Part shown: piece after piece, positions 26,363 to 32,000 of the stretch | How the letters are laid out: each line of letters begins with the position of its first letter | Numbering within the stretch: position 1 is the stretch's first letter | NCBI GenBank assembly: GCA_002898395.1 | Contig: BEHE01000006.1 | Coordinates: 1-32,000 of the forward strand | DNA: 32,000 bases | From: Candidatus Calditenuaceae archaeon HR02 | Lineage (GTDB): Archaea > Thermoproteota > Nitrososphaeria_A > Caldarchaeales > Calditenuaceae | Direction of reading: 5' to 3' | The notes under the pieces: model-generated | What the model was told of the DNA's origin: nothing | Database searches by the model: none | What the model saw: the letters and a program-made list of their open reading frames with translations, nothing else | Made by a program: the position numbers and the translations under genes

Positions 26363-26674
26363 ATGGCTAGGGTAGCTGAAAGGGTTCCAGGATGGGTCGC
26401 TAGGTTCCTACTACCTGAGATCAGGGCGCTAATAAAAGAGGAGACGAAAGACTTAAAGACATACATGGACGATAAGTTCAAAACGTTCGATGAAAGACTG
26501 GAGACGTTCAATGAGAAGTTTAAGGCATTAGATGAGCGATTAATTTCCCTTCGCAATGAGATGAACGCTAGGTTTGATAGCCTAGAGAGCAGAGTAGATG
26601 TGTTACAGAGAGTGGCAGTCCTAGAGGCAGAGGTAAGAGAACTAAAGAAGAGATTAGAACAGAAAACGATTTAA
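26363..26674 (+). CDS. coiled-coil protein of unknown function (103 aa)
   Basis: It has heptad-like repeats, FKTFDERLETFNEKFKALDERLISLRNEMNARFDSLESRVDVL. It resembles the N-terminal part of the 4524 ORF in composition only. Confidence 0.5.
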   Translation: MARVAERVPGWVARFLLPEIRALIKEETKDLKTYMDDKFKTFDERLETFNEKFKALDERLISLRNEMNARFDSLESRVDVLQRVAVLEAEVRELKKRLEQKTI

Positions 26675-27256
26675 ACTTCACTTAGTGCCTCTTGGCTTAA
26701 TTCCCTTCAATACCTGAGCCTTCATAAGCAGTAATGGCTATCACCTTTCCATACATTCCTCAGATCTTTATTTCAACATGCGAAGGATATGAATGATAGC
26801 AAGAAGGGGAGGTCGGAGCGAGTCTCTGAATCTTAAGGCTCCTCAACCCATCTAGGGGGAGGTCTATCCTAAAACGCCCTAGCATTCATGAGGTGGCTCG
26901 GATCAGGCTATGTTACGCACTGCGGGGATGATATAATCTTGGTCATGACACACAACAAAGGTGAAAACAATCCTGATTGGTTAAAGAGGGAGATTATCTT
27001 GTGAGCCCATACCTCTAATGCTCTCCCTAGAAGAGCTGACTAGGAGATATCTCTCCGAGACGCCCCAAAGGTTTAATCCAGCTACATAGAGTATACCGCA
27101 TAGGCCTTCTCCAGCGGGGAGCAGTTATGGAACCTGAATTAGGGTAGATATCCTGCTCCACAAGGTAATCAAAACATGCTTGGCAATAGGAGAGCAAAAG
27201 AGACCGTAGACCTACCCAGAAAATTCTAAATAAAAGTCACCAGTGCAGGCGGCTAC

Positions 27257-27375
27257 GGGTCCGTTAAGTTGGTATTACTAAGATGCTGCCTGGATGAATA
27301 AATCGCCTCAACAATTGCCTATAGTTGGTTTTAAGACTTATAAACTAGCAACTCTTAAATAAAACTTAACGGACC
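27257..27375. mobile_element. MITE family 2 (119 bp) with 13-bp perfect TIRs GGTCCGTTAAGTT and a 10-bp flanking direct repeat AGGCGGCTAC
   Basis: The TIRs are at 27258-27270 and 27363-27375. The direct repeats are at 27247-27256 and 27376-27385. The TIR is identical to the IS6-like element end at 21710-21722. Confidence 0.8.
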
Positions 27376-27430
27376 AGGCGGCTACATTGGAAATATTTTT
27401 ATAACCCGTCAGGATAGTCTATTTCCAAGA

Positions 27431-29347
27431 TTGGTTCAAGAGGTTAAAAAGGAGGAAGGGGTCAAGGAGGTAAAGGTCAAGGAGGAGAAAAAGAAGGGGA
27501 GGAGGGAGGAGCTGGTTAAGCAGTGGAGGGGTATAGACGTAAAGCCTCTAAACCCCTCTTTCGAGATTCTTGACAGATATGTTTTGAGGGAGAAGTTCGC
27601 AGAGGTTATTATCGCCGCGCCTCCCGGAAAGGTTGTCGAGCCGATATACTTCGTGGTTGAGACTCCCCTCACACCACAGGAGGAGACTGCGCTGGAGAAG
27701 ATAAAGGACATCCTGACAAAGGAGCTCGACTTCCCCAAGATTGGTGAGGAGGAAGAGGTTAGGAAGATTCTACACGAGACCACCTTGAAGGTTATGAAGA
27801 AGTATAGGAGGGCTATAGGGATTCCATCACCATCGGAAGACGTGATCGAGAAGTTCCTCTACTATATCGATAGGGACCTGATGGGTTTCGGGCCGCTGAA
27901 CGTGATTATGGAGGATTACAAGGTCGAGGATATTTCGTGTGACGGTCTCAATATTCCTATCTATGTCTGGCACAGGGACTTTGAGAGCATGCCTACCAAC
28001 GTCTCCTCCACCGATAGAGAGGCTCTCGACGACTTTATTATCCACCTGGCCCACAAGGCGGGAAAGCACGTCTCATCCGCCTTCCCAATCGTGGACGCCA
28101 TGATCTATGGCAAGCACAGGCTTGCCGCGACTTTTAGGGAGGAGATCTCTCCGCGAGGCAGCACGTTCACTATTAGGAAGTTCAGGGAGAAGCCTTTCAG
28201 TATCACAGAGCTTATTCTAAGCAATGTATTGAACAGCGAGATGGGGGCGTATTTCTGGCTTCTCCTCGAGAATAAGGCTAGTCTGATGCTTATAGGTGCG
28301 ACGGGGAGTGGTAAGACCACTCTGCTGAACGCGCTGACCACTTTTATCAAGCCTAGGATGAAGATAGTTACCTGCGAGGAGACTGCCGAGATCAATATTC
28401 CGAGGGATAACTGGGTTAGGTTTGTGACTAGGGAGAGCTATGGTCTCGGGGCGACTGAGAGGGGTGCTGTGGCCCTTTTCGACCTGGTCAAGACGAGCCT
28501 CAGGTATAGGCCTGACTACCTGATCGTGGGCGAGGTTAGGGGTGAGGAGGCCTTTGTCCTATTCCAGGCTATTGCGACCGGGCATGGAGGCTTGACGACT
28601 GTTCACGCCGAGGATGTGGAGAGTGCTATTAAGAGGCTTATGAGCCCGCCGATGAATATTCCCGAGACCCATATCTCGCTGCTTGACGCCATGGCGTTGG
28701 TCCAGAGGGTTCAGCTTCGAGGCAAGACACAGCTCTTCGGGAGGAGGGTCAGGTTTATCTGGGAGGTGGAGGATGCTCGCAGGTATAGGAAGATAGCCGA
28801 GTGGGACCCTGTCACAGATACCTTCCGCGTCAACTTCGCCAACAGTCTTCAGATTGAGAATATCTCGTTAATGAGTGGTGTGGGTAAGGAGGATTTGATG
28901 CTTGAGCTTTGGAGGCGGAAGGAGTTGCTTGAATGGATGCGTGAGAATAAGATGACGGATAATGATAGGGTGGCTAGCATCATTCTCTCCTACTATGCTG
29001 ACCCGGAGAAGGTTATTTCAGAAGCTGGTATTACTGTGAAGAGACCGCCGTTCCCTGTTGCTAGGAGAGCCGAGGCTGTTGCCAGACCTGTCGCGGCTGC
29101 GCCGGTGTCTGGAGGTTCTCCCCAGCAGGCTGTTGTGAGCGGGAATTTGGAGGATTTGGAGAAGGAGGTTAAGCCTATTGCCGACTATATTGTCGACGCT
29201 ATTCTTAGGAAGAGCGGCCCGATCCCTTATTGGCAGATCTTTGTAAAGACGCCGTATCCAAGGGATGTTATTATCCGGGCTATGAGGTATCTAAAGGAGA
29301 AGAAGAGGATCGATATTATCGGAGGCGTTGTTGAGCTTATGGAGTAG
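27431..29347 (+). CDS. archaeal type IV pilus/archaellum-type secretion ATPase (FlaI/PilB superfamily) with a K/E-rich N-terminus and a C-terminal extension
   Basis: Walker A GATGSGKTT, Walker B YLIVGEVRGEEA and His box GHGGLTTVHA are present. The TTG start has TATA AAATATTTTTATAA 27-40 nt upstream. Confidence 0.9.
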   Translation: MVQEVKKEEGVKEVKVKEEKKKGRREELVKQWRGIDVKPLNPSFEILDRYVLREKFAEVIIAAPPGKVVEPIYFVVETPLTPQEETALEKIKDILTKELDFPKIGEEEEVRKILHETTLKVMKKYRRAIGIPSPSEDVIEKFLYYIDRDLMGFGPLNVIMEDYKVEDISCDGLNIPIYVWHRDFESMPTNVSSTDREALDDFIIHLAHKAGKHVSSAFPIVDAMIYGKHRLAATFREEISPRGSTFTIRKFREKPFSITELILSNVLNSEMGAYFWLLLENKASLMLIGATGSGKTTLLNALTTFIKPRMKIVTCEETAEINIPRDNWVRFVTRESYGLGATERGAVALFDLVKTSLRYRPDYLIVGEVRGEEAFVLFQAIATGHGGLTTVHAEDVESAIKRLMSPPMNIPETHISLLDAMALVQRVQLRGKTQLFGRRVRFIWEVEDARRYRKIAEWDPVTDTFRVNFANSLQIENISLMSGVGKEDLMLELWRRKELLEWMRENKMTDNDRVASIILSYYADPEKVISEAGITVKRPPFPVARRAEAVARPVAAAPVSGGSPQQAVVSGNLEDLEKEVKPIADYIVDAILRKSGPIPYWQIFVKTPYPRDVIIRAMRYLKEKKRIDIIGGVVELME

Positions 29348-31112
29348 TTTGGAGCTCAAATAGCCCCACTGTTATGTTTCCCGAGAGCCATATGGCGATC
29401 AGTGATATTGCTGCCATTATTACTGCGTGTTTGAATCCTCCTGCTATTGTTGAGCTGGAGACTTTTCCGGCCACAAGCCCGCTTATGACGGCTATGATTA
29501 TGACGGGTGGGAGGAAGAAGTGTATGAACTCTGCGGAGGAGATGCTTAGGCGGGCTAGCTTTAGGAGACCCTTCATGAACGAGACCAGTATTACTACGAC
29601 GACTATAAGTAGGACGGCTGTGAGGTAGGGGATTATCATGAGCGGCTTGAGCGTTGCGCGCTTCTGCCTCTCAATTTCTTCCAGGTCTTCTGAAAAGGAG
29701 GCTAGGACCTCGAAGGTCTCGGGGGCCCCTCCGCCGACGTCTATCGCGTCTATCAGTATGAAGACGCCGGCTCTTTCTAGCCACCCGTAGGTCCGTTTGG
29801 CGAAGTCTTCGTATATTTTTCTGAGGGGCATGCCCCATCCTATCTGGCGGGCCATTATTTTGAGGTGTTTGCTGAAGGCGCCGTAGGGGTTTCTCGAGAG
29901 GTCGATTATGCATCTCTCTGGGCTGAGGCCTGTTTTTCTGACCTCTGTGATGTCTCTGAGGAAGAGTGTGAGCCCGTGGACGACTGAGAAGTTTTCTGAG
30001 CCGTATTTCTGATATGCTACTGCGGCGGGTGTGAAGAGTATTATAGAGAATAGGATGAGGGCTATTGAGGATTCGTAGCCTGCCTCAATGCCCATGGCCT
30101 TCCTTATTGAGACTATGATGGAGGAGGTAATGTCGAATGGTGTTATGTACTGGAGGTCTGTGAGGAAGAAGGGTACTACGAATAGTGCGAGGAATGTGAA
30201 GGCTGCTGGCATTGTTAGGTACAGGACTTTCATGGGGCGCGGGTCTGTGACCGGGTATTTTGGCTGGCTTATGTCTGCTAGGTAGAGGAATAGGATTGAC
30301 ATTAGTGGGAGGAAGAGATAGGCTATGAGGGCGAACTGTTCTGAGGGCATAATGAGGAATTCTGTGGGGAGGGCTCTGGAGACTATGTAGATTGTGAAGA
30401 GGACCAGTGAGAGCATCATCGTTATTGCCGCGTACCCCTCCATAAGCATGCCCATCCTCTCGCCGACTATCCTCATCTTACCCATCCTAGATGTGAAGAT
30501 CTGCTCGGTTTTTCTGATTAGGAAATGGACGACATCCCCGCCGCTTCTTATTGTTGAGGCGTAGCCCATTAGTAGGTCTCGGTATTCCTTACTGGGTAGG
30601 CCTTTGGCCATTTTCTCGATGGCTGAGACTGGGTCTAGCCCGCCTACCTTGACGTTTAGGTCTGCGAGCCGGGCTGCCTTGGCTATATTGGGCATCAGCT
30701 GGCTCTGTGCCAGCCTGGATAGGCTTTTGTAGGGTGGGATTCCGCCGGTGGACATGACGGCTAGATAGGCGGCTGCGTATGGGACCTCGCTCTCGAAGAG
30801 GGTGGCTGCAGAGGATGCCGACATGTATGGCCAAGCTAGTCCGAGGCCTAGGGTGATTAGCGGTATTCCGGCTAGGAGGCCTAGGGCCAATAGGCTTCCT
30901 GTGAATAGGTAGGTAGTAACGGCTAGAGGGATTGATATAGCACCCGATATGACTGTTGCTGCAGCTACTATCGAGGTGAAGACCTCTGGGTATATGCGTT
31001 TTCCGGCGCTCTCTAGTTTTGATGGGATTCCTGGCGCGATTCTGAGTAGTAGGGTTCCAAGGCTCCTGAAGTTGGAGTATGAGAAGCTCGTGAAGGACTC
31101 TGAGAAGCCCAT
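29337..31112 (-). CDS. type IV pilus/archaellum platform membrane protein (FlaJ/TadC, T2SS-F family)
   Basis: 591 aa made of two repeats, each a cytoplasmic helical domain plus TM helices. It lies next to the ATPase and pilin genes. Confidence 0.85.
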   Translation of the reverse strand: MGFSESFTSFSYSNFRSLGTLLLRIAPGIPSKLESAGKRIYPEVFTSIVAAATVISGAISIPLAVTTYLFTGSLLALGLLAGIPLITLGLGLAWPYMSASSAATLFESEVPYAAAYLAVMSTGGIPPYKSLSRLAQSQLMPNIAKAARLADLNVKVGGLDPVSAIEKMAKGLPSKEYRDLLMGYASTIRSGGDVVHFLIRKTEQIFTSRMGKMRIVGERMGMLMEGYAAITMMLSLVLFTIYIVSRALPTEFLIMPSEQFALIAYLFLPLMSILFLYLADISQPKYPVTDPRPMKVLYLTMPAAFTFLALFVVPFFLTDLQYITPFDITSSIIVSIRKAMGIEAGYESSIALILFSIILFTPAAVAYQKYGSENFSVVHGLTLFLRDITEVRKTGLSPERCIIDLSRNPYGAFSKHLKIMARQIGWGMPLRKIYEDFAKRTYGWLERAGVFILIDAIDVGGGAPETFEVLASFSEDLEEIERQKRATLKPLMIIPYLTAVLLIVVVVILVSFMKGLLKLARLSISSAEFIHFFLPPVIIIAVISGLVAGKVSSSTIAGGFKHAVIMAAISLIAIWLSGNITVGLFELQTTP

Positions 31113-31138
31113 GACTCTAATCTACCGGGCCCTACACC

Positions 31139-31146
31139 ATATATAA
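31139..31146 (-). promoter_or_regulatory. TATA box for the platform gene
   Basis: TTATATAT on the minus strand lies 27-34 nt upstream of the ATG at 31112. Confidence 0.4.
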
Positions 31147-31205
31147 GAGTTGTTTTATGGAAAATGCTCATTGGATTTCCACTGGAAGGTCTGGGTAGGA
31201 AACAC

Positions 31206-31212
31206 ATATATT
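31206..31212 (+). promoter_or_regulatory. TATA box for the pilin gene
   Basis: ATATATT lies 24-30 nt upstream of the ATG at 31236. Confidence 0.4.
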
Positions 31213-31235
31213 GGGGAGCCTATTCTCTTCTCTCA

Positions 31236-31637
31236 ATGATGGTTAGGCGGAAAGCTGGCATTAGCCCTGTTGTTGCGACGGTGATTCTAGTAGCTGTGGC
31301 GATAGTGATAGCGATCGCGGTGGCCTTCTGGGCGTCAGGCCTAGTCGGCGTATTCACGAGGTTCGAGAAGATCGAGATACAGTCAGCATACTGGGACGGA
31401 TCTCAAGTTGTCGTGATAGCAAAGAACAGCGGCTCAAGTCCAGCGGTAGTAGACATGATACTCGTGAACGGTGTGCCCTGTGAGACCGGGTTGGCTGACC
31501 AGTTATCGGTAGGGCAAGTATTCCAGTGGTCGGTAACACCGGGTACCAATTGTGTACAGACGGGCGGGGTCACGAACGAGATAGCCCTGCACACGACGAG
31601 CGGCAAGACGTACCCAGTAGCAGTGCTAGTGCCCTAG
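31236..31637 (+). CDS. archaeal type IV pilin-like protein with class III signal peptide
   Basis: MMVRRKAG/ISPVVATVILVAVAIVIAIAVAFW matches the (K/R)(G/A)-hydrophobic-SPV consensus cut by prepilin peptidases. The ORF track starts it earlier, at 31164. Confidence 0.8.
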   Translation: MMVRRKAGISPVVATVILVAVAIVIAIAVAFWASGLVGVFTRFEKIEIQSAYWDGSQVVVIAKNSGSSPAVVDMILVNGVPCETGLADQLSVGQVFQWSVTPGTNCVQTGGVTNEIALHTTSGKTYPVAVLVP

Positions 31638-31639
31638 AG

Positions 31640-31663
31640 TTTTTAATGTATTTTTGTTGTTTT
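31640..31663 (+). terminator. oligo-T tracts after the pilin gene
   Basis: T5 (31640-31644), T5 (31651-31655) and T4 (31660-31663) lie directly after the stop codon. Archaeal termination commonly uses oligo-T. Confidence 0.4.
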
Positions 31664-31716
31664 ACCGCTGGAACTACTGTTATTTATCCTAGATATAAGT
31701 TTATGACCGATGTAGC

Positions 31717-32000
31717 ATGAGATTAGTGGTGGGAACGTCCTTAAGCCAGGACAGGCGGCTCCGAGCATTGGTTGTCATCTGCGCCTATAATGAGGAGGGG
31801 AGTATAGCCGTGCCAGTATCCCGAGCGGTCAGGGAGGGTTTCGATGTCCTAGTAGTAGATGATGGGAGTGAGGACGGGACCGCAGAAGTCGCGGAGAGGC
31901 ATGGAGCCACTGTAGTTAGGAGCCCTGAGAGGTGTGGGAAAGCCGCCGCCCTGAGCAGGGCAATAGACTACGCAAAGACCCAAGGATACGGCGCAATAAT
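31717..32000 (+). CDS. family 2 glycosyltransferase, N-terminal part (runs off the window)
   Basis: ATG at 31717. VVICAYNEEGSI ... VLVVDDGSEDGT ... is the GT2 nucleotide-binding pattern. There is no stop before the window end. Confidence 0.75.
   Translation, partial: MRLVVGTSLSQDRRLRALVVICAYNEEGSIAVPVSRAVREGFDVLVVDDGSEDGTAEVAERHGATVVRSPERCGKAAALSRAIDYAKTQGYGAI

Overview
This looks like a chromosomal segment from a hyperthermophilic crenarchaeon, probably Thermoproteales-like. The evidence is an intron-containing tRNA, apparently leaderless genes with a TATA box about 27 nt upstream, an archaeal ATPase family gene, HEPN/MNT and VapBC modules, a DIP-synthase-like gene and an archaeal type IV pilus locus. 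Intact core genes include an aldo/keto reductase, a Clp1-like kinase, an IPCT/DIPPS-like fusion, a GHL6-type hydrolase, PPOX, AIM24, an ABC exporter and a pilus ATPase/platform/pilin set. Between them lies a heavily decayed accessory layer. It contains an IS1595-like element with an exact 8-bp target duplication, a truncated IS6-like element, and two unnamed MITE families, one with 3 copies and one with 1 copy whose terminal repeat matches the IS6-like end. It also contains at least ten frameshifted or nonsense-mutated genes. The observations I rank highest are:
- a split DEDD/IS110-like gene followed by two perfect hairpins;
- a 28-bp perfect palindrome next to the TATA box of the DIP-synthase-like gene;
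- a bacterial-type secreted S1 protease bracketed by MITE copies;
- an archaeal ATPase gene flanked by modular direct repeats;
- a pilus locus with convergent, overlapping ATPase and platform genes.
There is no CRISPR array and no rRNA. All family assignments come from reading motifs by eye, not from database searches.
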